DNA from: a virus
Lineage: Duplodnaviria; Caudoviricetes
DNA length: 64,000 nt
Reading direction: 5' to 3' (one strand)
IMG/VR virus record: IMGVR_UViG_3300037067_008306
Span: 977-64,976 of that record
Under the pieces are notes generated by a model, which made no database searches, was not told the origin of the DNA, and saw only the letters and a list, made by a program, of their open reading frames with translations. Positions 28,090 to 37,400 of the stretch are shown here, one piece after another. Numbering within the stretch: the stretch's first letter is position 1; every line of letters begins with the position of its first letter. The translations under genes and the position numbers were made by a program.

Positions 28090-28922
28090 GCGCCTATGTT
28101 CCAGAATAAAATATTTTTATTTTTGGGAAGCTTTTCGATATTTTCTGTTAACCATTTCCACGCCTTGAGATCATAATAAGGATTACAGGGAAAGGGACAA
28201 TCTATTTTTACAAAATCCTTGTATTGATATCCTTCATCTATGATTTCCATTTCAATTCTAGTGTTTCCGGGATGTGCTATATTGGGTTGTAATATTTTAT
28301 TTAATTTATTATAAACAGTTTCATAGCTTCGGGAATACCCCATATGAATTATAAAATAATTATTGCTATTAGTTAAATTAAATCCTTTCATCACTCCTGC
28401 TGTTATTGTACCAGAAGAAATAGAAATAATTACAATGGTGTCTTTTTGAAATTTTATCGGGGTATAATAAAAAGCCTCCCCACAATTCTCTTCAATGCTT
28501 TCCGGGATTTGTAAAGCATTGGGCATCATGTAACTATCTTCATGCATTTCTTTTAATTCTTTTTTTGCCTGATGATATAATATAGCACTGCGCCCGGCTT
28601 GTAAAGGAACAACCCCGGCTTTTTCTTCCTGACATTTTCTTTGTAAGGGCCGAAGCTTTATTTCACCTTTATACTTAGGATAAAAGACAACCACGTGCTT
28701 CCCCAAGTCTCTTCCTATTACGCTCACAGCCCACCCCGCCTTGCTGTGGAAGGTGTCCAACACCCCAATTACAGATTCTTTTCTCTTTTTTAAATGAGAA
28801 TAAATTCCCCGTGCTTTAGAGAAAGAAATGCGATCAATGCATAAATCCTCTCTTTTAACATACACGGTTCTGCCTTTTATTTTATAAGGCACAATCGGGG
28901 TGTTGTTCCTGATTTCAATCAT
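28086..28922 (-). CDS. fold-type II PLP-dependent enzyme
   Basis: VYVKREDL, FSKARG (PLP lysine), HSKAGWAVS, ISSGTITAG, CNPYYDLKAW, LFWNIG. Confidence 0.8.
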   Translation of the reverse strand: MIEIRNNTPIVPYKIKGRTVYVKREDLCIDRISFSKARGIYSHLKKRKESVIGVLDTFHSKAGWAVSVIGRDLGKHVVVFYPKYKGEIKLRPLQRKCQEEKAGVVPLQAGRSAILYHQAKKELKEMHEDSYMMPNALQIPESIEENCGEAFYYTPIKFQKDTIVIISISSGTITAGVMKGFNLTNSNNYFIIHMGYSRSYETVYNKLNKILQPNIAHPGNTRIEMEIIDEGYQYKDFVKIDCPFPCNPYYDLKAWKWLTENIEKLPKNKNILFWNIGA

Positions 28923-29407
28923 ATAATCATGATTCCATCTTTATTTATTTTTGCCGGTTTTCCGAAGGGGGACCATTTTTCACTTTTACAATCTGACAGG
29001 ATTGTGCTAATGGTGGCTGGTTTTTTATCCGGGAACTTTTTGGTCAATAATTCTTTTATTTTTTCCGGAGTGTATTTCTTTTCCTTCAGAAGCTTTTCCA
29101 ATTCTTCTTTTAATCCGGGGCCTTTGGAAGATAGTGCCTTGGGTTTGAATGTTTTTGTTTCCTTGGAAGTAGGCTTCTGATTTTTTATTTTTATTTCCGC
29201 AAGCACATCAACTTCCAATTCCATTAAAACATCGTAAGTCTCCTGAGAAATGGCATCACTCTTTTCCAAAAGTTCCGCGGTAGCAATTATTTCTTCTGTT
29301 AGGTCTTCCGCAGTACTTCTGGATTTAATCTTAATGGGCGGATCGGGATTAGCAACTTTGTTTAATTCCATAGCTGCTCTTTTTAATACATCAACTGTGA
29401 TCTTCAT
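28919..29407 (-). CDS. putative DNA-binding protein (start corrected to MKITVD)
   Basis: AAGGAG SD before 29407; Lys-rich linker and HTH-like C-terminus (TPEKIKELL...ATISTIL). Confidence 0.5.
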   Translation of the reverse strand: MKITVDVLKRAAMELNKVANPDPPIKIKSRSTAEDLTEEIIATAELLEKSDAISQETYDVLMELEVDVLAEIKIKNQKPTSKETKTFKPKALSSKGPGLKEELEKLLKEKKYTPEKIKELLTKKFPDKKPATISTILSDCKSEKWSPFGKPAKINKDGIMII

Positions 29408-29435
29408 TTTACTTCTCCTTTTTAGTTTATATATT

Positions 29436-29468
29436 ATTATACAAAACAAATAAAAAATTTAAAGAAAA
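29436..29468 (-). promoter_or_regulatory. promoter TTTAAA-N16-TATAAT heading the modification/polymerase operon
   Basis: 32/33 nt identical to 18044-18076. Confidence 0.7.
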
Positions 29469-29469
29469 T

Positions 29470-30846
29470 TTATAATCCTTCAACATTTTTTGCCCATTTA
29501 CTATCCAGGCATACTTTCCCGATGCTCCGGCATTCCAACACTATCACTTCATCATCCACATGAAATTCATCATCCCTTGCCACCAGCATACTCACTCGCA
29601 TAATACTATTCTTTTTATCTTCCCGGCTCTGATTCAATGCCATGACGTGAGTGGCATGCGCCAGCTTTCTTATATCTTCAGCAATAGTATCTTCCTCAAT
29701 ATTCTTTTTGAATGTACTGCGGTCGGTTTGTGTAGCGGAAATCACTACACAATTCTTTTCCTGTGCTAGTCCCCGGAGAGCTTCCTGCGTAGCATTTAGT
29801 TTTTGTCTATGTTCTTTATCTCCTGATTCTGGGGACATGATGTCTGCATAATCCACAATAATAATATCAGGAATAAATTTATTATAATGCTCCAGGTTAC
29901 TAAGATGTGTCTTTATATCCTTTACATTGATAGAGCCTGTGGGATAGCAGCAAAGCCGGAAAGAATTTCCTGATAACATTCCCTCAATCTGCTTTTTCTT
30001 TTTTTGAATAGCTCCGGCACTCAATCCTTTTTTAAATAATTCCTTGTAATCAATTTCATTTTCTTTAGTAAAGAAGGGAAAATGTTCAATGGTCTTTTCA
30101 ATCCGGGACTCACCTAAAAAGTATTGATAAATTCTATTAAGCATTTTCTTTTCACTCATTTCCAGTGAGTAATAAATTATATTAAGTCCCCTCATCAGTC
30201 CCCGCAGCCCGAACTCAGCCAACCAGAAAGACTTCCCGCGCTTCATCGGGGCAGCAATCAGAATATAATCCTGACGGCATATTGTTCCGAACATCTTGCC
30301 CAGGTCTCCGGGAAAGTCAAAAAGGTTATCATCTTCAGCGAAAAGAATATTTAGAATATTATCCCGGACAATATCAATACCAATTGTCTGAGCCCTTTCT
30401 GTTCTCTTAAATTCTGCAATAGCCTTGTGTGCATCCTTTATTTTATTATTTACTAGTAATACAGAAAGACTATCTTTTAAAATTTCTACTTCCCGCGCCT
30501 GAAAATAAAGTTCTGCTTTATCAACTTTGTATTTTACATTATTAGCTTTCTCATACCGGGTGGAAAGCCCGGAAAGGAATTTTCCTATGAGTTCGATCTG
30601 TGCCGGGTCTGCTTTATTATCATTACAGTATGTATCATACATTCCCTGTATATCTGAGCCGGGGGCCTTTTTATATTTCTGATAATAATCAAAGCACCAC
30701 TTGCTGACAGTCTTAGCAAAAGGGATTTGTAATAATTCCTTTTTAAATATGGGAAGTATTTCTATGGTGTACCGGGGATCAGTTATCAGTCCGGTAATTA
30801 TTTCTTTTTCTACATCGACATCAATCAGTGAGTTTTTAAAGGCCAT
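29470..30846 (-). CDS. dnaB: replicative DnaB-like helicase
   Basis: APMKRGKS, SLEMS, IIVDYADIM, ATQTDR. Confidence 0.9.
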   Translation of the reverse strand: MAFKNSLIDVDVEKEIITGLITDPRYTIEILPIFKKELLQIPFAKTVSKWCFDYYQKYKKAPGSDIQGMYDTYCNDNKADPAQIELIGKFLSGLSTRYEKANNVKYKVDKAELYFQAREVEILKDSLSVLLVNNKIKDAHKAIAEFKRTERAQTIGIDIVRDNILNILFAEDDNLFDFPGDLGKMFGTICRQDYILIAAPMKRGKSFWLAEFGLRGLMRGLNIIYYSLEMSEKKMLNRIYQYFLGESRIEKTIEHFPFFTKENEIDYKELFKKGLSAGAIQKKKKQIEGMLSGNSFRLCCYPTGSINVKDIKTHLSNLEHYNKFIPDIIIVDYADIMSPESGDKEHRQKLNATQEALRGLAQEKNCVVISATQTDRSTFKKNIEEDTIAEDIRKLAHATHVMALNQSREDKKNSIMRVSMLVARDDEFHVDDEVIVLECRSIGKVCLDSKWAKNVEGL

Positions 30847-30849
30847 ATA

Positions 30850-31053
30850 TTATATTCCAAAACCTTTTTTCATATTTTCAAAAATTTCATTTTGTCTTTC
30901 AATAGTTATATTAGTTCTGTATGCCCCGTATTTGCATTTAGAATTTGCAGAATAAGATTTATTATGTTGTGCTCTTTTCTTTTTATTTTTTGCTAATTTT
31001 TTCTGCCTTAATTTTTCATTTCTCATTTTACTCCTACAAGAACATCCCCACAC
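30850..31053 (-). CDS. small basic hypothetical protein
   Basis: K/R-rich ORF, probable start MRNEKL. Confidence 0.4.
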   Translation of the reverse strand: MWGCSCRSKMRNEKLRQKKLAKNKKKRAQHNKSYSANSKCKYGAYRTNITIERQNEIFENMKKGFGI

Positions 31054-31640
31054 CAGTAATCGAAAGTCACCGGATAGATATTCTTTATTCTTGTATCATT
31101 CCAGATTATACTATTAAATCCTAGACCATCATTCATTACATTTACATCTACATATCGGACAAGTCCTGTTCTCTTATTTACCTTTACAAGCACCGCCATA
31201 TGTCCGTTGTCTCCCACACGATTAAATATTATAACATCCCCAACTTCTATATCTCTTAAATATTTTCGCGGAGTAGTTATTCTTTTTAATCGATTCTCGG
31301 AATCTTCCGTATTTTCAAAAACAACATTACTTTCTAACCTTCTAAAAAATCTCCATGAAGCTGATGAACAATCATACTTATCAAATTTCATATCCCCATT
31401 TAATTTATACTCAGCATCAAAGAACATATCATTCCAGATTACTAAAAGCTCCTTGCCGGTTAAAGATTTATATTGGGCATAACTGACTTGCAATTTCTGA
31501 ACGGCTTTTGGAATAGGTAGGGTGGTCTGATAATCTTTACAACTTAAAGAAATAAAACAGGCCCCCCAACCGACTAATAAAGACATAAGTATAATTGTAA
31601 ATAGACGGATGTTCCTTGTTAAAGGATTTTTTTTATTCAT
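31023..31640 (-). CDS. NlpC/P60-like cell-wall peptidase with N-terminal TM/signal
   Basis: YDCSS catalytic Cys, GDVIIF, GHMAV catalytic His; hydrophobic N-terminus. Confidence 0.7.
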   Translation of the reverse strand: MNKKNPLTRNIRLFTIILMSLLVGWGACFISLSCKDYQTTLPIPKAVQKLQVSYAQYKSLTGKELLVIWNDMFFDAEYKLNGDMKFDKYDCSSASWRFFRRLESNVVFENTEDSENRLKRITTPRKYLRDIEVGDVIIFNRVGDNGHMAVLVKVNKRTGLVRYVDVNVMNDGLGFNSIIWNDTRIKNIYPVTFDYWCGDVLVGVK

Positions 31641-31790
31641 CCTTTCCTCCTATGATGTTATATAATTTATTATTCCAAGATAAAAGAATAATAATATAAA
31701 TCCGATTACAACCCCCAGGATAAGACAAATATATCTATCAATATTTTTCTTAAAGTGTTTATACTTTTTCATTTATTTATTCCTGTTCTT

Positions 31791-32759
31791 TTATCCGAAT
31801 TTTTCCATAAACTCATCTGTTTCTTTTATTCCGGGTATATTATGAAATTCCTCTTCTGACATCTTTCCTCTGTTCTTATAAGCTCTTTCATTATCCCCCT
31901 GCTCCTCGGTCTTTTCCTGATTCATGGGCCGGGGAGGATGAGTAAATACATGTAACAGCCAACTGGTATTAGTCCGGGAATTATAAATCAATGTTGGCAG
32001 GTCTTTAGGAAGCCATTTCTTATCCGGGGGCCAATATCCTTCTATGAATAATTTAGGAAGCCTTTCAATACAGATTTTGATTTCCTGCTTAGTGAATTGT
32101 TTTTCTAATAGAGAAAATCGGATATGATTCTTTTTCATGAATTCAGGATTGATGTGATAATGATCTCCGAAGGTTCCGTTCTTTAGATGTTGTATCATGG
32201 AAGCAGCTTTCTGATATACTTTCTTTTCTGGGTTATTATGTTGTTGCAGCATAGAATATTTTTCTTTTAGGGAATTCCAGAGTTCTAAATAAATAGATGT
32301 TTTAAAAGTTTGAGTTTTCTTAAAACTCTTATCTATATCTTTAGATATAGACTTAGTAGAATAATCTTTGGTTCGAAGTTGACTTTGAGTGGGGGGGTCA
32401 ATTTTAACTTTGAGTGGGTCAGTATTTTCTTTTATTAACTGGGAATAGCTTTTTTCTATAAATCTATAATATGTATAAGTTCCCTGAGCGCTTTTTTCTA
32501 AATAAAAATCCATTAAATTGCAATCCACATATTTTTTAAATCTGTTAGCTAGGGCAGCTTTAGCAATATTGAGGATTGGAATTTCTTCTAAGATAGTTTT
32601 ATAATGAACCCAGAAATATCTAGCCCCATTAACTTCTAACTTTTTCATTTTTTCTGTATGGAAAAAATCGATTAAAAATCGAATAATAACAGCATCAGCA
32701 GAATCCAATTTCCATTCTAATAATTTTGATTGTTGCAATCCTTCTATTGTATATTTCAT
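31791..32759 (-). CDS. phage replication initiator/replisome organiser (N-terminal winged HTH)
   Basis: MKYTIEG.QQ..L...LD..D..I.RFLIDF N-terminus typical of phage initiators; internal direct repeats. Confidence 0.6.
   Translation of the reverse strand: MKYTIEGLQQSKLLEWKLDSADAVIIRFLIDFFHTEKMKKLEVNGARYFWVHYKTILEEIPILNIAKAALANRFKKYVDCNLMDFYLEKSAQGTYTYYRFIEKSYSQLIKENTDPLKVKIDPPTQSQLRTKDYSTKSISKDIDKSFKKTQTFKTSIYLELWNSLKEKYSMLQQHNNPEKKVYQKAASMIQHLKNGTFGDHYHINPEFMKKNHIRFSLLEKQFTKQEIKICIERLPKLFIEGYWPPDKKWLPKDLPTLIYNSRTNTSWLLHVFTHPPRPMNQEKTEEQGDNERAYKNRGKMSEEEFHNIPGIKETDEFMEKFG
32382..32418. repeat. two 12-bp direct repeats ACTTTGAGTGGG inside the initiator gene (iteron-like)
   Basis: copies at 32382-32393 and 32407-32418. 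Confidence 0.6.
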
Positions 32760-33628
32760 TTATTTTCCTCAGCAATTCTTTTCAATTCTTCTTTATCCAT
32801 ATTTTCTTTTATTGTTTCCAGGTGATAGGTTTCTGCATCTGTCAAAGAATCTATTTCTTTTTGGATTAAATTAACTATGACAGAAGGTTCCAATGCGTCT
32901 AGTTCCCAACTTTCCTTTCCATATTTCTTATAGTAAGAATGAAATCGGGAATCTGTAGACTTAGCAGGATTGGGTGGGGGATTATATTTTTTTATTTGAT
33001 CATAATTTAAAGCAATTCTCCGGATATCAAAAGGAAAATCATCACCAACAAATAATCTTATCCGATCAGTAATATCACGGGACATATCTATTCCGGAAGG
33101 ATCGTGATCCCCTAAGTGAATTATTATAGCTTCTTTTTGTTCATTTTCTATTCTCCGGGCAGCAGCCCACATTTCAGATTGACTTGTATACCCGCGGCAG
33201 GAAAAATAAGGAATATCATTATTTAAACATACTTCAGATATTACCCCTGATAGAGCATCCTTCTCAATCCAAATTTCAATATAATAGTTCTGGGTGCTTC
33301 TTTTATTTATTTGATATTGAAGTGCAGCTGATTCAATTATTTCAGAAGGGGAAGACCAATGAGAATTTGATTTAACATTTCTTGTTCTGTCTACAATAAC
33401 ATTCCAGTCAATCAATCCGGCTAGGCGGGCATCATTTATAATGCTTCCCAATTTATTATATTCAGCTTGCTTGTTAGGAATAATATCTCTAGATACGAAC
33501 TGATAATATAATTGTCTTAATGTAAGATCAAATCCCGCATTCTGATATTCTGTTATTATCTGGTTAGCTGTTTCAATTATTATTAAAGATTTTTTATTAA
33601 ATCTTTTTGAGATATATTGAATTTTCAT
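32756..33628 (-). CDS. Topoisomerase VI-A/Spo11-like TOPRIM nuclease (DUF2399/JetD-related)
   Basis: LTLRQLYY winged helix with Tyr, IWIEKDAL, GDHDPSG (DxD), WELDAL. Confidence 0.7.
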   Translation of the reverse strand: MKIQYISKRFNKKSLIIIETANQIITEYQNAGFDLTLRQLYYQFVSRDIIPNKQAEYNKLGSIINDARLAGLIDWNVIVDRTRNVKSNSHWSSPSEIIESAALQYQINKRSTQNYYIEIWIEKDALSGVISEVCLNNDIPYFSCRGYTSQSEMWAAARRIENEQKEAIIIHLGDHDPSGIDMSRDITDRIRLFVGDDFPFDIRRIALNYDQIKKYNPPPNPAKSTDSRFHSYYKKYGKESWELDALEPSVIVNLIQKEIDSLTDAETYHLETIKENMDKEELKRIAEENK

Positions 33629-33819
33629 TTCTTTTTCTCAGCTCTCTTTTTCTGTAGAATCTCATTCAAGCGGGATTTGACTTCGATAGTCAGCTTGGCA
33701 AAATCTTCATAGTAGGTCTTCGGGGTGGTTTTGACCCGCAAGCAGAATTTATAATTATCAAATCCATGTGAAGATAATTCCTGGTATTCCATTTCCAATA
33801 CTTCTAATTCTTTATCCAT
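33625..33819 (-). CDS. hypothetical protein
   Basis: 64 aa ORF with AAGGAG SD. Confidence 0.5.
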   Translation of the reverse strand: MDKELEVLEMEYQELSSHGFDNYKFCLRVKTTPKTYYEDFAKLTIEVKSRLNEILQKKRAEKKK

Positions 33820-33836
33820 TTGTTTCTCCTTTTATT

Positions 33837-34100
33837 TTAATAAAATATTCCTTTCTTCTTTTTCTCAAATTCAAGTATTGTAGAATTATCTACTAACCAT
33901 CCTGAGCATGTAAATATTTGTTCATCATCATACGAAATAATTACTTTGCTGTTTTCTTTTTTAATAGATTTTATATTCTTATCCTTTAATAATTCCTGCT
34001 GAAAATATTGTAATCTTTTCTGCAATTGCTTTTCAGTAAATTTATAATTTACCTGATGCCTTGCATAAGTATTAGGAGTAAAGAAAGTTTCTATTTTCAT
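33837..34100 (-). CDS. hypothetical protein
   Basis: 87 aa ORF. Confidence 0.5.
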   Translation of the reverse strand: MKIETFFTPNTYARHQVNYKFTEKQLQKRLQYFQQELLKDKNIKSIKKENSKVIISYDDEQIFTCSGWLVDNSTILEFEKKKKGIFY

Positions 34101-34456
34101 AATTTATAATGCCTTGCCTGTCTAGTTCCAGGCTGCCAGGCTCTAAGGGAATTGCCTCTGTAAATCACCCTTCTTAGTTTAAATATTTAAAGTAAGTTAA
34201 TTAGAGTTTATAAAATTTAATATATAGTTTTTTATTCTTTCAAGTCCATGTCATAGAAGACAGCCTCCTCATACCCCGGTTTATAATTGGTATTTTAATA
34301 ATTATAATTTTTAGCCAAACTAATTAAGTAAATTTAATATATAATTGTTTTATTTTTGTACATGCCCTTTTCCCTTAGCTACCGCACGGGTCAGCAGACT
34401 ACGACTGCCGGGGCAACCTCATAATAATCACCTCCTTCTTTTATTTTCTCTCCCGG

Positions 34457-34523
34457 AAATAAAAAAGCTTGAACAAAGTCCCCCACCCTTCCGGGTCTCA
34501 CAAGGAGGAATTTATTCAAGCTT
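34457..34523 (-). terminator. long hairpin plus U-tract (intrinsic terminator or ncRNA 3' end)
   Basis: 17-bp stem 34465-34481/34507-34523 (one G-U and one mismatch on the minus strand) followed by UUUUAUUU. Confidence 0.6.
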
Positions 34524-34713
34524 TCTTCTCATCTTTAATTGATCTTGTGAGGAACCAATTAAATTATTTTATGAATTCCCTGAGCCCTTTATTAAAAGGA
34601 GAGAGATGGGGCTCAGGGTTGATTCATATATGTTAAGTATCGTTCATGCCGGAGAATTTTTCCGGCCCGTCTATATATAATATATAGAATTAGAAAAAAT
34701 ATTAAAGTATTTT

Positions 34714-35598
34714 TTAATATCGTAGGAATTTTTTTCTTATTTCTACAATTTCCTTTTTGTTCATTTCTCCTGGATCTTTCACCCCATAATCATAAATGTA
34801 TTCCACATGATTTATTAAAGCTGCTAATTGAAAGCCCAGCAGCCGGGCTTCTTTCTCTGCTTTCCTGTCATACATTATAAAAGCAGAATCCAAAATTCCG
34901 GATAAAAATAAAACCTGTTGGGGGGAAAAGCCTGTGCCGAAAGTAGCCAGGGCCCCCGGTCCGATCTTCCAGGTATCCAGAGGACCTTCTACAATGATTG
35001 CTCTTTTGTATTTAATGAAGTCTGAGCCATAACAAACGTGCTTATGATGTATGACTTCATTTTCAATAGAGCAGGACTTGTAACGTAATTCTGCACGGTC
35101 TGTAATATCGCGGGAAGTAAAAGAAATTATCTGTTCATCAATTATAATTGGAATTATTATTCTATGTTTATAAGGGCCATGCATTCCGGTTCCCTGAACG
35201 CCCCATGTTTTGATTATCTCATCAGGATCATATCCCCGGTTAATTAAATATTTCCTATGTGCCTTTTGTAAATCAGTAGTTCCTTTCGGAAAAATAATTT
35301 TATTGGCTTTTGGGACTTTCTTTCTTTCTTCCCTCATCACCGCAGCAACTTCATATTCATCCATGATCTTTCGGGCCTGCCATGGTGTGCAATCCAGTAG
35401 CAGGGAAAGAACCTGATCCATATGATGTCCTTTGCATTGCCAACATGAATAATATCCTTTAGTAATATTAAATCCGCCATGTGAAGATTTATCGTCACAA
35501 AATGGACACTGGATATTAATCCAGCCACGTTGAGTATTTTTGCCCTCAGTGAATACGGGAATATTATAATCATCCAGAAGCTGTTTAATATTTACCAT
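34714..35598 (-). CDS. DNA primase (Zn finger + TOPRIM)
   Basis: CPFC...CWQC, IIVEGPLD, YD. Confidence 0.85.
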   Translation of the reverse strand: MVNIKQLLDDYNIPVFTEGKNTQRGWINIQCPFCDDKSSHGGFNITKGYYSCWQCKGHHMDQVLSLLLDCTPWQARKIMDEYEVAAVMREERKKVPKANKIIFPKGTTDLQKAHRKYLINRGYDPDEIIKTWGVQGTGMHGPYKHRIIIPIIIDEQIISFTSRDITDRAELRYKSCSIENEVIHHKHVCYGSDFIKYKRAIIVEGPLDTWKIGPGALATFGTGFSPQQVLFLSGILDSAFIMYDRKAEKEARLLGFQLAALINHVEYIYDYGVKDPGEMNKKEIVEIRKKFLRY

Positions 35599-35804
35599 TC
35601 TGAATATCCTTAACAGTATCCTTCTTTTTTTTATCCCAGAATCCTTTTATATATAACCAGATAAAAAGAACTAACCCTATAGCAGATAGTACAGCAACAG
35701 CACCCAAAACACCCATTATAATAGGTTCCATTTTACAAGCCTCTCTTTTTATTATTTTTCATCATCTTCTTAAGAAATTTCCCAAGTATTTCCAATTTCC
35801 ATTT

Positions 35805-37400
35805 TCATAGCTCCTCTAAATCCCCGTCATTTATGACGGAGATGTTTTTTATTTTTTCTGTTACCCGGTCTGCTACTTCCTCTTCTACTGTGCCCGCAGC
35901 GAACACAATTTTTTGGATTACTTTACTCTTTGCCCCGGTTCTAGGAAGTCTTCCCAATACCTGTTTCAAAGTCTGCGCTGAATAAGTAGGGGAAATTAAA
36001 GACAACCTGGGATAATTTCCAAACTCATCATGTAGGTCAATACTTTCCCCCCCGGCCTGAGTATTTAAAATAATTATTCTTTCCTTTCCTTTCTGAAAAG
36101 ACATTCTGTTTTTCTCTCTATCAGCAGCAGAAACTTTTCCTGTGATAATGCAATCAATTTTTAGTCTTTCAGATAAGGCTTTCACGCTTTCTTCAAAGTT
36201 TAAAAATATAGCAACACTCATTCCCTCTTCCACAGCATCCTCAGCCATTTCTACAAATGCCGGGATCTTTAATAATTCTATTTCCTGCCGGGCCCTGAGC
36301 CTTTCTACCAGGTGCTGCCCCTGTCCTTCTTTCTTATCCTCTTTTTTCCTGCTGTGTAATTTTTCCAATTCATAATACATATGATCATAAACACTTTGTA
36401 TCTGCTTTGAATTTCCCATCTCGTAAGCATCAGAAATAATTAAATTCTCCGGGAACCCTTCTACTTCAGAAGTAGTAATGCGGTGCCCATGATGAGGAAA
36501 AATATCATTATGTACTTTTGCCAAATCTTTTTTTGTTCCTGAAAATTCCAATCCAAAGAATGATCTACTTACTCCGCGCTTGTAACACCATGAATAAAAT
36601 CCCCTCTCATCTTTAAATAATCCTAAAGCAATTCCTAATGCATACATCTGTAAAGGATTATCCGCAATTGTAGCGGAAAGACAAAGAACATGCTTGGTAG
36701 CAGAAAGAACAGAAGTTAATAATCTGGAATTCTGAGTGTTCCTATTCTTACAGCGGTGAGCTTCATCAAATATTATAATACGCTCTTTTTCAAATTCCCA
36801 TTTAAAATTTACTTCCTCATAAGGAATTTCATCATAGGTTAATCCGTCAGGGTTCTTTTTCTTTTTTATTTTCTGAATAGTAAAGGGCTGACAGAAAGGA
36901 GTATTTCCATTTTTGAATTGTTCATAATTACTTACAAATACTTTTACCCCGAATATCTTAGCAACTTTTTTCCATTTAGGGATTGCTGTCTTGGGAACTA
37001 AGATCATAGCAGGAAGATTAAAATATCTTGCTATTGCTAAGGCTGTATACGTTTTTCCTGCACCTGTGTCTGAGGCGTCTAGAGCATTTCCGGATTCTAT
37101 CATATCAGAAATTAAAATTTTGGTATGGTCTATTTGAAAATTAAGAAGTCCGGAAGTATTCAGCTTTATATCTTTAATATTTAATTCCTGCTGTGTTACT
37201 TTTTCAGATTTAATAATGATCCATTTTCCGGAAGTCTTTTTAATAGAGATTCCCTGATCTTTCAATTTCTCTTTATACAGTCTCCAGATTCCCCAGAAGG
37301 ATTCCGGGACAACTGCCTCAAAAGTTTGCAGTGCCCCGTCTTCTGTATAAAGAATCCTTCCGGGCTGAAATTTAATTTCTTGTAGGGCTTCCTGAAACAT
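35805..37400 (-). CDS. SF2/SNF2-like helicase
   Basis: DTGAGKT, DEAH, LSATI, GESIDL, QVLGRLPR. Confidence 0.9.
   Translation of the reverse strand: MFQEALQEIKFQPGRILYTEDGALQTFEAVVPESFWGIWRLYKEKLKDQGISIKKTSGKWIIIKSEKVTQQELNIKDIKLNTSGLLNFQIDHTKILISDMIESGNALDASDTGAGKTYTALAIARYFNLPAMILVPKTAIPKWKKVAKIFGVKVFVSNYEQFKNGNTPFCQPFTIQKIKKKKNPDGLTYDEIPYEEVNFKWEFEKERIIIFDEAHRCKNRNTQNSRLLTSVLSATKHVLCLSATIADNPLQMYALGIALGLFKDERGFYSWCYKRGVSRSFFGLEFSGTKKDLAKVHNDIFPHHGHRITTSEVEGFPENLIISDAYEMGNSKQIQSVYDHMYYELEKLHSRKKEDKKEGQGQHLVERLRARQEIELLKIPAFVEMAEDAVEEGMSVAIFLNFEESVKALSERLKIDCIITGKVSAADREKNRMSFQKGKERIIILNTQAGGESIDLHDEFGNYPRLSLISPTYSAQTLKQVLGRLPRTGAKSKVIQKIVFAAGTVEEEVADRVTEKIKNISVINDGDLEEL

Noticed and set aside
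25646-28922. Canonical 5hmdU-based thymidine hypermodification (M6/ViI type)
   Set aside because: No recognisable dUMP hydroxymethylase, 5hmdU kinase or aGPT-Pplase in the apparently complete early arm.
34480-34510. SRP RNA-like CCCGGAAGGG tetraloop
   Set aside because: Lacks the conserved SRP helix-8 internal-loop bases (CAGG/AGCA); kept only as a generic structured-RNA candidate.
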